From Candidatus Microgenomatus sp. (GTDB taxonomy: Bacteria; Patescibacteriota; Microgenomatia; UBA8517), in contig DYGS01000001.1 of NCBI GenBank assembly GCA_020724585.1, positions 66,893 through 130,892 of the forward strand: a stretch of DNA of 64,000 bases, written 5' to 3'. Made by a program: the position numbers and the translations under genes. Positions within the stretch are counted from its first letter, which is position 1. Each line of letters begins with the position of its first letter. Shown here one piece after another: positions 9,891-19,587 of this stretch. The notes under the pieces are model-generated. The model had not been told where the DNA came from. It did no database searches and was given only the letters and a program-made list of their open reading frames with translations.

Positions 9891-10256
9891 ATGCATATGC
9901 TCGCTTCCAAAAACAGACTTAAATCAAAGGCCGATTTTGCACGCATTGAAATCGATGGTAAATTATTCCAGTTTAAGAATTTTGGAGTTGGGATTTATGA
10001 TAGAAATGATGATAGCCCGTCGAGGTTTGGAATTGTTGTTTCGACAAAAATATCAAAAAAAGCTGTTATCAGAAATCAAATCAAAAGAATAATAGCTAGG
10101 GTATTAAGGCAAAAGATTGGTGAAATTCGAAACGGTCTTGATCTTGTTTTTTTAATCAAGCCATCTATTCTGCCGATTGACAGGCCAAAAATAGAAAAGG
10201 AAGTTTATGAGGTTTTTCTTAAAAATTTACAAAGCAACAATCTCTCCAAGCCTTAA
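9891..10256 (+). CDS. rnpA: Ribonuclease P protein component
   Basis: RFGIVVSTKISKKAVIRNQIKR (RNR motif); synteny. Confidence 0.93.
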   Translation: MHMLASKNRLKSKADFARIEIDGKLFQFKNFGVGIYDRNDDSPSRFGIVVSTKISKKAVIRNQIKRIIARVLRQKIGEIRNGLDLVFLIKPSILPIDRPKIEKEVYEVFLKNLQSNNLSKP

Positions 10257-10395
10257 ATTTCTGTTTGGAGGAGGATGTAAATACAATCCCACTTGTTCTG
10301 AATATGCCGTTTTAATGATTGAAAAATATGGTATATTAAAAGGCATTCCACTCGCCATTAGGCGAGTTTTAAAATGTAACAATTTTTATATATGA
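10207..10395 (+). CDS. yidD: Membrane protein insertion efficiency factor
   Basis: CKYNPTCSEYA..YGILKG..RVLKCN; synteny. Confidence 0.9.
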   Translation: MRFFLKIYKATISPSLKFLFGGGCKYNPTCSEYAVLMIEKYGILKGIPLAIRRVLKCNNFYI

Positions 10396-11201
10396 ACATT
10401 TTTCAAGTTTTACTAATACAGCCGCTAACAAATGGATTGATTTTGTTTTACAACTTGCTCTTTCAAAATATAGGGCTGGCAATTATTGGCTTTAGCATTT
10501 TTTTGAGGTTTATATTGAACCCGCTCACAAAACCTTACATGGAGTCGATGAAAAAAATTAAGGAGATAGAGCCGTTGGTTTCAAAACTTAAGAAAAAGTA
10601 TGTAAACGATCCAAAAGGTCTGATGCAGGCCCAAACAGAGTTATACAAGCAAAAAAATATAAACCCAGGTTCGGGGTGCCTTCCTTATATATTGCAAATA
10701 GTTGTTTTGATTGCTTTATTTAATGTATTTACTCAAGTCCTTTCTCAGAATGGTGATGCAATTTCAAAAATTAACCAGGTTTTGTACTCCCCTCTTAGAT
10801 TTTCAGAAGATGCAACTTTAAATACCCACTTTTTGTACTTAGATGTTAGGAAGCCTGATGTATTTAATGTGTCAGGAATTCCCTTTCCAATTCCAGGCCC
10901 TCTTCTTATTCTAGCGGGTCTTTTACAATTTTTATCTGCCAAAATGATGCAGCCAATGGTTAAGCAAGAGGAGAAAATTGCGAAAAAAACAAAGACAGAA
11001 ACAGATGATATGGCTGTTGCTATGCAATCATCAATGATTTATATGTTTCCTGCAATGACCATCATTTTTGGAGTAACTTTCCCTTCAGGCTTGGCTCTTT
11101 ATTGGCTTTTATTCTCCATTTTTCAAATTTATCAACAGTATAAAACTTCAGGCTGGGGAGGACTTACCCCTTTTATTCAAAAAACAGGTTTGCTACAATA
11201 G
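10392..11201 (+). CDS. yidC: Membrane protein insertase YidC/Oxa1
   Basis: LYKQKNINPGSGCLP, FPSGLALYW. Confidence 0.93.
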   Translation: MNIFQVLLIQPLTNGLILFYNLLFQNIGLAIIGFSIFLRFILNPLTKPYMESMKKIKEIEPLVSKLKKKYVNDPKGLMQAQTELYKQKNINPGSGCLPYILQIVVLIALFNVFTQVLSQNGDAISKINQVLYSPLRFSEDATLNTHFLYLDVRKPDVFNVSGIPFPIPGPLLILAGLLQFLSAKMMQPMVKQEEKIAKKTKTETDDMAVAMQSSMIYMFPAMTIIFGVTFPSGLALYWLLFSIFQIYQQYKTSGWGGLTPFIQKTGLLQ

Positions 11202-11210
11202 CCATTAATT

Positions 11211-11669
11211 ATGAAAGAAGCTGATTTGAAGGTTATTGAGGAATTGATCGCTGAACTATTTTCAAAACTTGGAATCTCACCTAAGTTTTCTGTTAAGGAA
11301 AATGGTGAGGATTCTCTTGAGTTAAATATCGACTCTCCCGAAGAAGCAGGGCTTTTAATTGGATTTAGAGGCGAAAATCTAGGGGGTCTACAAACCATTA
11401 TAGGATTGATGATTAAAAACAAATTAGGAAAGTGGTATAGGCTTACTGTAAACATTGGAGATTATAACCAAAAACAGGAGGATAAGCTTAAAAGCCTCGC
11501 AGATCAGGCTGCTGCTCGCGCTCTTGAGACTGGCGAGAGTCAACCTATTTATAATTTGAATGCTCAGCAAAGAAGAATAATCCACTTATATTTATCTGAA
11601 AATAAAGAAGTTCAAACAGAATCGGTAGGTGAGGGTCTGGATAGATATTTGGTGGTGAAACCTAAATAA
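11211..11669 (+). CDS. jag: Jag/KhpB-like KH + R3H RNA-binding protein (short form)
   Basis: GLLIGFRGENL (KH), RRIIH (R3H), TESVGEG..RYLVV; synteny. Confidence 0.85.
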   Translation: MKEADLKVIEELIAELFSKLGISPKFSVKENGEDSLELNIDSPEEAGLLIGFRGENLGGLQTIIGLMIKNKLGKWYRLTVNIGDYNQKQEDKLKSLADQAAARALETGESQPIYNLNAQQRRIIHLYLSENKEVQTESVGEGLDRYLVVKPK

Positions 11670-11670
11670 G

Positions 11671-12762
11671 GTGTTATTAATATTATTTAATCTTCTTGCC
11701 TTTTTTCTTCCTACACAGTTAGGCCTGCATCTTAATTTTTTGCAGACTCCCGTATATGGATTTACGATTGACTATTTAATTCCAACAGTTTATTTAACAG
11801 ACATTTTAGCAATTTTAATAATAGTTTTTGGAATCAAACATCTAAAAATTAAAAAAAGCTATATGCTATATGCAATATGCTATATGGTTTTTGCTTTACT
11901 TAATATCTATATATCTAGCCACTTTATACCAGCCCTATACAAATGGCTAAGAATAACAGAATTAATATTATTAGGTTTGGTTGTAATAAATTATAAAAAA
12001 TTTGATGTTTTTAAAAATTTAATTAATCCATTATCGTATTCAATTTTTCTAGCTTGTATTCTTGGAATACTGCAATTTATTTCTAGATCTTCAATAGGCG
12101 GGTTATTTTATTTTTTTGGTGAGAGAACTTTTAGTTTTAATGACCCCAATGTTTCACCCTACCCTTATTCGTTTTTTTCTCACCCGAATTCATATGCAGG
12201 TTTTTTATTGGTATTTGGAATATTAATTATGAAATATAAATCAAGATTTAATTCAATAAAATATTACTGGATTTTAGTTGCCTTGGTTTTAGTAAATTTA
12301 GTTTTAACAAATTCTTTAAATGTTTACATAACAATTTTAATTTTACTATTTTTAAAGTTTAGAGAGAATTTAGCATTTAGTTTTTTGACATTTGATTTTT
12401 CTGCGCGCTTTATTACTCATCGCGTTGAACTACTGCAGTCTTCTTTAAAAATGATTAAAGAAAATTTTTTGATAGGAGTAGGCCTTAATAATTTTATTCC
12501 AAATTTGGTTAAAGTGAGTAATAACTATTTAAACTCTTGGGAATTACAACCTGTACACAATATATTTTTATTGGTTTTTTCAGAAACAGGAATAATAGGG
12601 CTATGTGCTTTATGTTATATGCTTTATGGTTCTCTTACAGCATATAACTTACCACTTATAGCCATAATATTAACTGGACTTAATGACCACTATTGGCTAA
12701 CTTTACAGCAAAATATGCTTCTATTTACATTTGTCCTGGCTTTATTTAGAATTAAAAAATGA
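11671..12762 (+). CDS. O-antigen ligase/Wzy-like polytopic membrane protein
   Basis: FSHPNSYAG, IGVGLNNF, PVHNIFLLVFSETGIIG. Confidence 0.8.
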   Translation: MLLILFNLLAFFLPTQLGLHLNFLQTPVYGFTIDYLIPTVYLTDILAILIIVFGIKHLKIKKSYMLYAICYMVFALLNIYISSHFIPALYKWLRITELILLGLVVINYKKFDVFKNLINPLSYSIFLACILGILQFISRSSIGGLFYFFGERTFSFNDPNVSPYPYSFFSHPNSYAGFLLVFGILIMKYKSRFNSIKYYWILVALVLVNLVLTNSLNVYITILILLFLKFRENLAFSFLTFDFSARFITHRVELLQSSLKMIKENFLIGVGLNNFIPNLVKVSNNYLNSWELQPVHNIFLLVFSETGIIGLCALCYMLYGSLTAYNLPLIAIILTGLNDHYWLTLQQNMLLFTFVLALFRIKK

Positions 12763-13187
12763 TTTCAATTTACTGTGATGGGGGAAGTAGAGGAAACCCC
12801 GGGCCTGCGGCCAGCGCTTTTGTCGTAACCAGAAACGATGAAGTTATTTACAAACAGGGTTTATACCTTGGCATCCAGACAAATAACTTTGCTGAATATA
12901 ATGCCGTTTTGACTGCAATAAAGTGGGTCGCTGAAAATTTTTCGAAAGAAGAAATAGTTATCAACCTTGATTCGCAGTTAGTTGAAAGACAACTGAATGG
13001 ACGATATAAAATAAAAAATGATAAATTAAAAAAATTATTTGACGAAATTAAATTGTTAATTCTTAACTCTTCATTATTAATTACTTTCGTTTGGAATTAT
13101 AGAGAAAAAAATAAACTTGCAGACAGATTGGTTAATCAAATCCTCAATAATAGTTCAACGGGAAAAGTGAAGGATACTGCCGAGTAA
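12759..13187 (+). CDS. rnhA: Ribonuclease HI family protein
   Basis: YCDGGSRGNPGPA, TNNFAEY, DSQLV, REKNKLADRL. Confidence 0.88.
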   Translation: MISIYCDGGSRGNPGPAASAFVVTRNDEVIYKQGLYLGIQTNNFAEYNAVLTAIKWVAENFSKEEIVINLDSQLVERQLNGRYKIKNDKLKKLFDEIKLLILNSSLLITFVWNYREKNKLADRLVNQILNNSSTGKVKDTAE

Positions 13188-13252
13188 AAATTTTCGTGAA
13201 TTTCGGAAAAAAATAATTTCATGTTCCATCGTTCATATGATAGGATTGATGT

Positions 13253-15760
13253 ATGGAAGATTTTGACGGACTTGTTGGAATAGTCTCCAGGAAAAATATT
13301 TTAACAGATAAATTAGAAGAAAAATTTCGTGCAAAATATTTGGATGTAAAAATTTTTAACAGTTTAACAAACTTTGACTTTAATAAATTCAATTATTTAA
13401 TAATAAATTTTTTGGATAATGATTTTGACGAAACCGAGGTAAAGAATTTAGTTAGGAATTTAGAATGTAAAATTCTAGTAATCCACCCTTTATATATTTC
13501 TGAAAGTAAAAAATATGTAAAAGATATTTTTTTAAATGAACTATTGAACGAAAACCCCAACCTTGGAATTTTGCTTGTACCAGAACTATTAGGATATGGC
13601 GTGAATTATAATCCAAACTTTATTAGTCATGATTTAATTAATCAGGTTATAACGAGCGAAAGAGTAAAAATTAGAAATTCTTCCCAAGTAATAAACGCGG
13701 TTTCCATAACAAAACTTGCCGAAAGAATAGTTGTTGAAACATTTTCATTTGGAGTGTCGGGTCAAAAAGTTTTATTGGTTGGTCCAAGAATCACTCCCGT
13801 AAGCATGGCTTTGAAGATGCTCGGCGTCCCAAAAGATGATTTGATCATTAAAAATGAAAATTTATATCTTTCAGAAGTTGATCACACAAATGTTTATTCA
13901 TGCGATTTTTCACTTTCTTTGGCTGTTAAAAATAGCAAAAAGTGGTTTGAAGAAAATGTAGTGGAAAATCCCGTCAAAGTTGTAGAATCCCCAGAAAGAA
14001 AGTCATTTCTAAAATACAGATTTCTGATGAAGCTAACCCCAATTTTTATTGGTCTTATAGTAACTCCGTTATTAATACTTTTTTTTGGGTTTTTAAATTT
14101 GTATTTAGCATTTAAATTTATATCGACAGATTCAAATAAGGCAGTAATTGCATCTAATTTGTCAGAAAAATCTTTCTCAATCGTTTCAAGATATAACCTA
14201 GGACTTGATCTGATTTCTGATTCGGCAAGTTTTGGAGGACAACTGACAGAGATTTTAAAAGAAATGATTTATTTGGGGGGGATTGCGACTAACCTTGCTA
14301 CAAAAATTTTAGGAGACGATGTTTATAATGTCTCAAGCTACACGGATAGTCTTTCGGCAAGTTTTGATAAGATTTATCTTGATCTAAGTTTTCTTGAAGC
14401 TGATATGAGTAAAACAGACGGATATCTTCGTCAGTTAGCCAGAGATTATCTTTTTAAGAACAACATTGATCTGGAGCCAATAAAATCAGATATATACAAT
14501 GCCAAAGAACTTTCATCAAGGCTTGCTGGTATATTGGGTACAGGTTCGCCAAAAAAATATTTGGTGCTTTTTCAAAACAACATGGAATTGCGCCCCACGG
14601 GAGGCTTTATAGGATCTTACGCAGTTTTAACTATTGATAAAGGAAGATTAACGGATATTTCGGTGAATGATGTTTATTCCGCTGATGGACAATTAAAAGG
14701 ACATGTGGAACCGCCCGAGCCTATCAAAAAATATCTTGGTGAAGCAGGGTGGTATCTTAGGGATTCTAACTGGGATCCTGATTTTGAAGAAAGTGCAAAA
14801 ATGGCACAGTGGTTTTTGGATAAGGAAGTAAATCTAACAGTTGATGGAGTTATTGGTGTTGATTTGTTTTTTGTTAAAAAGCTTCTTGAAATAACAGGCT
14901 CGGTCAATCTTCCTGATTTTAATTTGACGATAGACAGCGGTAATTTATATTCAACTACTCAAAACGAAGTTGAGGAGAATTTTTTTCCTGGATCAATCAA
15001 AAAAGCAAGTTTTCTTACAGCCCTGACAAGATTTTTAATGTTTGAGATAGAGAAGATTGATCCCAAAAGATATTTTCCCCTGGTTTTATCTTTATACTCT
15101 AGCTTAGAGGGTAAACACATACTTATTGCTTTAAATGACAAAGACGCTTCGAAATTTATATCAAATTTAGGATACTCAGGGAATTTAGATTTAGCAATAG
15201 GATGCGGTCTTAGATGTCTGACATCTGCTTATGCGTTAGTTGACGCGAATGTTGGAGTTAATAAGGCCAATTTTTTTATCAATAGATCACAGGACTTAAA
15301 AATAATTGTTGGAGATCAAGGAGTGAGCAATCTTTTAGTTGCAACTTATGAGAACAAAGCAAAAAAAGGGGTGGGAGCAACTGGCATTTATAAGACTTAT
15401 ACAAGGGTAGTTTTACCTAAAACAGCTATTGTTGAAGGAGTTAGAATTTATTCTGCCGATGGAAGCTATCAGGATGTTGCATTTGATAGTTTGCAAAAAG
15501 CCGATTTGCTCGAAATAGGATTTTTGATGGAGGTTTTGCCTGAAAGCTTGAAAAAAGTTCAGATAGAATGGAAGATTCCATCAGATGTTTTGTTAAGCGG
15601 GGGAGAATTGAGGGTTAAATCTATAAAACAGCCGGGAACCGAAGGTGACAATCTACGAATTTCGGTTGAGAGTAATAATCTTTCCTTGACGGGTGGACTT
15701 CCAAACATTTATAATACAGCTCTGGATAAAGATATTGTCCAAAAGTTTTTCTTTAGATAA
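13253..15760 (+). CDS. DUF4012-type membrane-anchored protein with a degenerate N-terminal epimerase-like region
   Basis: YLVLFQNNMELRPTGGFIGS, LRDSNWDPDF, KQPGT; TM helix near aa 260-290. Confidence 0.75.
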   Translation: MEDFDGLVGIVSRKNILTDKLEEKFRAKYLDVKIFNSLTNFDFNKFNYLIINFLDNDFDETEVKNLVRNLECKILVIHPLYISESKKYVKDIFLNELLNENPNLGILLVPELLGYGVNYNPNFISHDLINQVITSERVKIRNSSQVINAVSITKLAERIVVETFSFGVSGQKVLLVGPRITPVSMALKMLGVPKDDLIIKNENLYLSEVDHTNVYSCDFSLSLAVKNSKKWFEENVVENPVKVVESPERKSFLKYRFLMKLTPIFIGLIVTPLLILFFGFLNLYLAFKFISTDSNKAVIASNLSEKSFSIVSRYNLGLDLISDSASFGGQLTEILKEMIYLGGIATNLATKILGDDVYNVSSYTDSLSASFDKIYLDLSFLEADMSKTDGYLRQLARDYLFKNNIDLEPIKSDIYNAKELSSRLAGILGTGSPKKYLVLFQNNMELRPTGGFIGSYAVLTIDKGRLTDISVNDVYSADGQLKGHVEPPEPIKKYLGEAGWYLRDSNWDPDFEESAKMAQWFLDKEVNLTVDGVIGVDLFFVKKLLEITGSVNLPDFNLTIDSGNLYSTTQNEVEENFFPGSIKKASFLTALTRFLMFEIEKIDPKRYFPLVLSLYSSLEGKHILIALNDKDASKFISNLGYSGNLDLAIGCGLRCLTSAYALVDANVGVNKANFFINRSQDLKIIVGDQGVSNLLVATYENKAKKGVGATGIYKTYTRVVLPKTAIVEGVRIYSADGSYQDVAFDSLQKADLLEIGFLMEVLPESLKKVQIEWKIPSDVLLSGGELRVKSIKQPGTEGDNLRISVESNNLSLTGGLPNIYNTALDKDIVQKFFFR

Positions 15761-16447
15761 ATGACAAAAATTACACTTAAAGCTAATAAAAGGGATGTAT
15801 TTGGCAGAAAAGTCAAAAAATTAAGACAAGATGGATTAATTCCAGCCAATGTCTTTGGCAAGAAGATAAAATCTGAAAGCATCTCGGTTGACAAGCGAGA
15901 GTTTGAGAAAGTCTTTAAAGAAGCGGGTGAGACGCAGATAATTGATTTATCAGGAAAGCCCGTCTTAATTTCTGAGGTTCAAAGACATCCTGTTAGCGGC
16001 GATTATCTGCATGTTGATTTTAGGCAGGTAGATTTGACCGAGGCTATTAAAGCTCACATACCGGTTGTTTTGGAAGGCGATTCGCCTGCTGAAAAACAAA
16101 GTATTGGAACAGTTGTTCAACAGGTTCACGAAATTGAAGTAGAAGCGCTTCCATCAGATTTGCCTGAGAGAATAACAGTTGACCAGAGTGTTCTCGCGGA
16201 GGTTGACCAAGCAATTTTTGTTAAAGACTTAAAAGTTAACAGCAAAGTCAAGGTTTTAGCAGATGGAGATACTATAGTTGCTAAAGTTGAGCCTCCCTTA
16301 AAAGAAGAAGTTGTTGAAACTCCTCCTGCCCCTGCAGAAGGGTCAACAGAAGGCGAAGCCCCAACTGAGGGTGAAGCTGTCAAACCCGCCGAGGGAGAAA
16401 AAACAGCGGCTGAAGAACCCAAACAGGAAGAAAATAACAAAAGCTAA
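15761..16447 (+). CDS. rplY: 50S ribosomal protein L25/Ctc
   Basis: LRQDGLIPANVFG, QRHPVSGDYLHVDF, acidic tail. Confidence 0.95.
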   Translation: MTKITLKANKRDVFGRKVKKLRQDGLIPANVFGKKIKSESISVDKREFEKVFKEAGETQIIDLSGKPVLISEVQRHPVSGDYLHVDFRQVDLTEAIKAHIPVVLEGDSPAEKQSIGTVVQQVHEIEVEALPSDLPERITVDQSVLAEVDQAIFVKDLKVNSKVKVLADGDTIVAKVEPPLKEEVVETPPAPAEGSTEGEAPTEGEAVKPAEGEKTAAEEPKQEENNKS

Positions 16448-16458
16448 TTTTTTAGATT

Positions 16459-16713
16459 CTAGTTTTTGATGTCTAAATTGAAATTCGGGTCAATAGTCAA
16501 AACTTTATCAATCCTCCCTAGTTCATACCAACCCATTTTATATGTAGGATGTTTGTCAACCAAATTCTGCCAGAATTGGCTGTAGTTTTCTGTCTGTTGG
16601 CCAAGAACCTGCAAAGTTTCCTGCCTGTGAATTGATTGCAAGTTAAAAATTGACAGAAGCAAAACAAGAACTGCAACAGTAATAAAGGTAAGGGTATTTA
16701 AATCTTTGGCCAT
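16459..16713 (-). CDS. Small hypothetical membrane protein
   Basis: N-terminal TM helix, FWQNLVDKHPTY..IDPN; overlaps the valS stop. Confidence 0.6.
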   Translation of the reverse strand: MAKDLNTLTFITVAVLVLLLSIFNLQSIHRQETLQVLGQQTENYSQFWQNLVDKHPTYKMGWYELGRIDKVLTIDPNFNLDIKN

Positions 16714-18863
16714 TTATCCATACTAGGCCAAGATTGATTGATAAGTAAAGAGTTATTTTTAAGGTTTTGCCAGCAGACTTCGGTTACAAACGGCATAAAA
16801 GGGTGGAGAAGCTTAAGAAAAACTTCTAGGCCATATTTTAAATCGCTCGCAGATAGTCTGCCTCTCTTTGAGTCTTCTATGCATTTATCGCAAAACCAAT
16901 GCCAAAAATTGTCATATATAATTTCAGCTGCTTGGTTTAGATTATAACTTTCAATATATTTTGTTGCTTCATTTATAATTTTGTTTAGCTTTTTATTAAA
17001 GTCGTTTTGAGTTTTTGAGTTTTGGAGTTTTGGACCTGCCAGCGCAGGCAGGTTTTTGTCATTTGTTTTTTCAAGATTCGAGACAAATCTTGTTGCATTC
17101 CATATTTTATTAGCAAAGTTTCTGTAGCCTCTTACTTTTTCTTCGGAATAATTTTGATCGTTTCCAGCTCCAGCCCCAGCAATAAGTGACATACGAAGTG
17201 CATCTGCACCATATTTTTCAACTATCTCTAAAGGATTAATCACATTTCCTTTACTCTTACTCATTTTTTGGCCCTTACTGTCTCTGACGATTCCATGAAG
17301 ATAGATTGTTTTAAATGGTACTTTTCCGGTTGCAAAAATGCCCAGCATAACCATTCTGGTTACCCAGAAAAATAAAATATCATAACCAGTTTCCATGACC
17401 GAAAGCGGATAATATTTTTTGTAAAGAGATTTAGCATTTGGTTTTTTAGCATTTTCATTTTTCGACAATAATGTCGCGAATGGCCATTGTCCTGATGAAA
17501 ACCAAGTATCAAATGTATCGGTATCTTGTACCCAATCTGCTCCCCGGGGCGCGTCACCCTCGGTAACTACCCATTCACCTGTTTTAGTGTTTTTCCAAGC
17601 GGGAATTCTTATACCCCAAACGATTTGTCTTGAAATGTTCCAATCTTTAATATTTTCAAGCCATTGAAAATAAATTTTCTCAAACCGTTTTGGAATGATC
17701 TTAATTTGACCTTTTTTAACAGCTTTAATTGCGGGCTTAGCAAGCTCATTTGTTTTTATAAACCACTGCTCAAGAGGTAAAGGTTCAAGAGGGTTGCCGC
17801 ATTTATAGCAGGTTCCGACAGAATTTTTAAATTCTTCTATTTTTTCTAAATTACCTTCGTTTTTAAGTTTTTGGGCTATAGCATCTCTTGCAGTTATAGC
17901 TTTTTGACCCTCGAACTCGCCTGCTTCTTTTGTAAGTTTTCCCCTAAAATCAATTACTTGGAAATTTTTAAGATTATGTTTTTTGCCTAACTCAAAATCA
18001 TTTTCATCATGAAGGGGTGTTACTTTTAATGCTCCGGTTCCAAAGTCCATAACCACGAAACTATCTGCAAAAATTGGTATAATTCTGCCGTTTAGCGGAT
18101 TAATTGCATTTTTACCTACATATTTTTTATATCTTTTATCTTTAGGGTTTACTGCAATTCCACTATCCCCAAAAATTGTTTCCGGCCTTGTCGTTGCTAC
18201 TGTAATAGTATCCTTACTATGCTCAATTTTGTATTTTACAAAGTAAAGTTTAGAAGTTTTTTCGACATACTCTACCTCCAAGTCAGAAAATGCTGTTCCA
18301 TGTTTTGTACAGTAGTTAACTAGCCTAATGTCTCTATAGACAAATCCGTCATCATAGAGCTTTTTAAATGTTTTATAAACTGTTTTAACTATATCTTCTT
18401 CAAGAGTAAATTTGGCCTTAGTCCAATCGAGCGAAAAGCCCAGTCTTCTTAGCTGAGACTCCATTGTTCCGCGATTTTTTTGCACAAAATCCCAGATGTT
18501 TTTATATAGCGTATCTCTATCAAAATCAAATCTGGATTTACCAATCTTTTCCAAATGTTTTTCATAAACAACCTGAGTTTCAAAACCAGCATGATCAGCC
18601 CCAGGAAGCCAAAGTGTAGAAAAACCCTTCATTCTATGAAATCTAATTAAAACATCCTCGACAGTGTACATTGCATGGCCATAATGAAGTGGGGCATTTG
18701 CATTGGGCGGGGGGAGAACTATACTATATGCTTTATGCTTTAAGCTATATGGTCTAGGCTTGAATGCACCAGATTCTTCCCAAGATTTATAAATTTTCTC
18801 TTCATGCTCTTTATGATTATAATTTTTACCAATCCCAGGATTGGCCAAGCTTTGCTTATCCAT
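16698..18863 (-). CDS. valS: Valine--tRNA ligase (compact form)
   Basis: PPPNANAPLHYGHA, WLPGADHAG, DWNISRQIVWG, KMSKS. Start placed at ATG 18863. Confidence 0.96.
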   Translation of the reverse strand: MDKQSLANPGIGKNYNHKEHEEKIYKSWEESGAFKPRPYSLKHKAYSIVLPPPNANAPLHYGHAMYTVEDVLIRFHRMKGFSTLWLPGADHAGFETQVVYEKHLEKIGKSRFDFDRDTLYKNIWDFVQKNRGTMESQLRRLGFSLDWTKAKFTLEEDIVKTVYKTFKKLYDDGFVYRDIRLVNYCTKHGTAFSDLEVEYVEKTSKLYFVKYKIEHSKDTITVATTRPETIFGDSGIAVNPKDKRYKKYVGKNAINPLNGRIIPIFADSFVVMDFGTGALKVTPLHDENDFELGKKHNLKNFQVIDFRGKLTKEAGEFEGQKAITARDAIAQKLKNEGNLEKIEEFKNSVGTCYKCGNPLEPLPLEQWFIKTNELAKPAIKAVKKGQIKIIPKRFEKIYFQWLENIKDWNISRQIVWGIRIPAWKNTKTGEWVVTEGDAPRGADWVQDTDTFDTWFSSGQWPFATLLSKNENAKKPNAKSLYKKYYPLSVMETGYDILFFWVTRMVMLGIFATGKVPFKTIYLHGIVRDSKGQKMSKSKGNVINPLEIVEKYGADALRMSLIAGAGAGNDQNYSEEKVRGYRNFANKIWNATRFVSNLEKTNDKNLPALAGPKLQNSKTQNDFNKKLNKIINEATKYIESYNLNQAAEIIYDNFWHWFCDKCIEDSKRGRLSASDLKYGLEVFLKLLHPFMPFVTEVCWQNLKNNSLLINQSWPSMDKWPKI

Positions 18864-18923
18864 ATTTGTATTGTATCCCAAAAATTTGCTTTTTGCAGAG
18901 AGAGAGAGAGTACCATATGCCTC

Positions 18924-19145
18924 ATGTCAGATTTTAAACCAACATTATTTCCCCACAGAAGGGAGCTTCTTGAGGTGCTTTATGGTAGGGGTGCTGTAAA
19001 AAAGGGTGGAAAGATGGAGGACGGGGCAGTTTTGCTAGAAAAAAATGGAAAATATTACCTTTGTCGTGAATCAAGCATAATAAATTGTGCTGTTTGCTCA
19101 GAAGAATGCCCACTTAATAGAAATCCAAGCATAAAAGAAGGCTAA
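18924..19145 (+). CDS. Small Cys-rich protein A (73 aa; C-x7-C-x2-C-x3-CP)
   Basis: MSDFKPTLFPH...CRESSIINCAVCSEECPLNRNPSIKEG; paralogous to 19378-19587; TACCAT 7 nt upstream of the ATG. Confidence 0.7.
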   Translation: MSDFKPTLFPHRRELLEVLYGRGAVKKGGKMEDGAVLLEKNGKYYLCRESSIINCAVCSEECPLNRNPSIKEG

Positions 19146-19210
19146 AGACTTAGTCTTGGATTAATGTCAACTGATTCAATAAATTTTTTACCTCCATATT
19201 TAGCTTTTAA
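19142..19210 (-). pseudogene. Duplicated, diverged 3' tail of tsaD
   Basis: Encodes LKAKYGGKKFIESVDINPRLSL* versus tsaD LKAKYGGKKFIESVDINPKLKL* (19584-19652); 57/69 nt identical. Confidence 0.9.
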
Positions 19211-19246
19211 ATCTCTTGAACTTCCCAATTAATGCGGTTAATTAGG

Positions 19247-19317
19247 TGTCATCGCGATCGAAAAAACGAGTGCGGCGATCTAGGTTTTTAGATTGCTTCA
19301 CTATGTTCGCAATGACA
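19247..19317. repeat. REP/RPE-like palindromic element
   Basis: Ends TGTCATCGCGA...TCGCAATGACA (imperfect inverted repeat); internal GCGATCTA...TAGATTGC stem. Confidence 0.75.
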
Positions 19318-19377
19318 TTTAGTGTGAAACCTGTGCTAACTTGCAATTTGCAGAGGGAAGTATTATTATCCAAAAAA

Positions 19378-19587
19378 ATGACAAACACATTTACCCCAAC
19401 ACTTTCACAACATTCGACTTTTGTATGGGGAAAACGTGAAGTTGGAGATAGATTTGGAGTATTAGGTTGGGGTGTTGTTGTGAAGAGTGATGTGAATTCT
19501 TTTAATGTTTGTAATTTTCAATCTCCAAAAAATTGCAGAGCATGCACAGTTCATGAATGTCCAATTAAAAGAAGGATAGAAGGTTAA
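19378..19587 (+). CDS. Small Cys-rich protein B (69 aa; C-x7-C-x2-C-x4-CP)
   Basis: MTNTFTPTLSQH...CNFQSPKNCRACTVHECPIKRRIEG; TTGCAA-17-TATTAT promoter upstream. Confidence 0.7.
   Translation: MTNTFTPTLSQHSTFVWGKREVGDRFGVLGWGVVVKSDVNSFNVCNFQSPKNCRACTVHECPIKRRIEG

Noticed and set aside
10351-10366. Hairpin CTCGCC-atta-GGCGAG in yidD as an inserted palindrome
   Set aside because: It encodes the normal conserved YidD helix with no apparent insertion.
18804-18923. N-terminal extensions of the ORF-track calls 18804..19145 and 19246..19587
   Set aside because: They overlap valS or run through the palindromic element and promoter; the paralogue alignment supports starts at 18924 and 19378.
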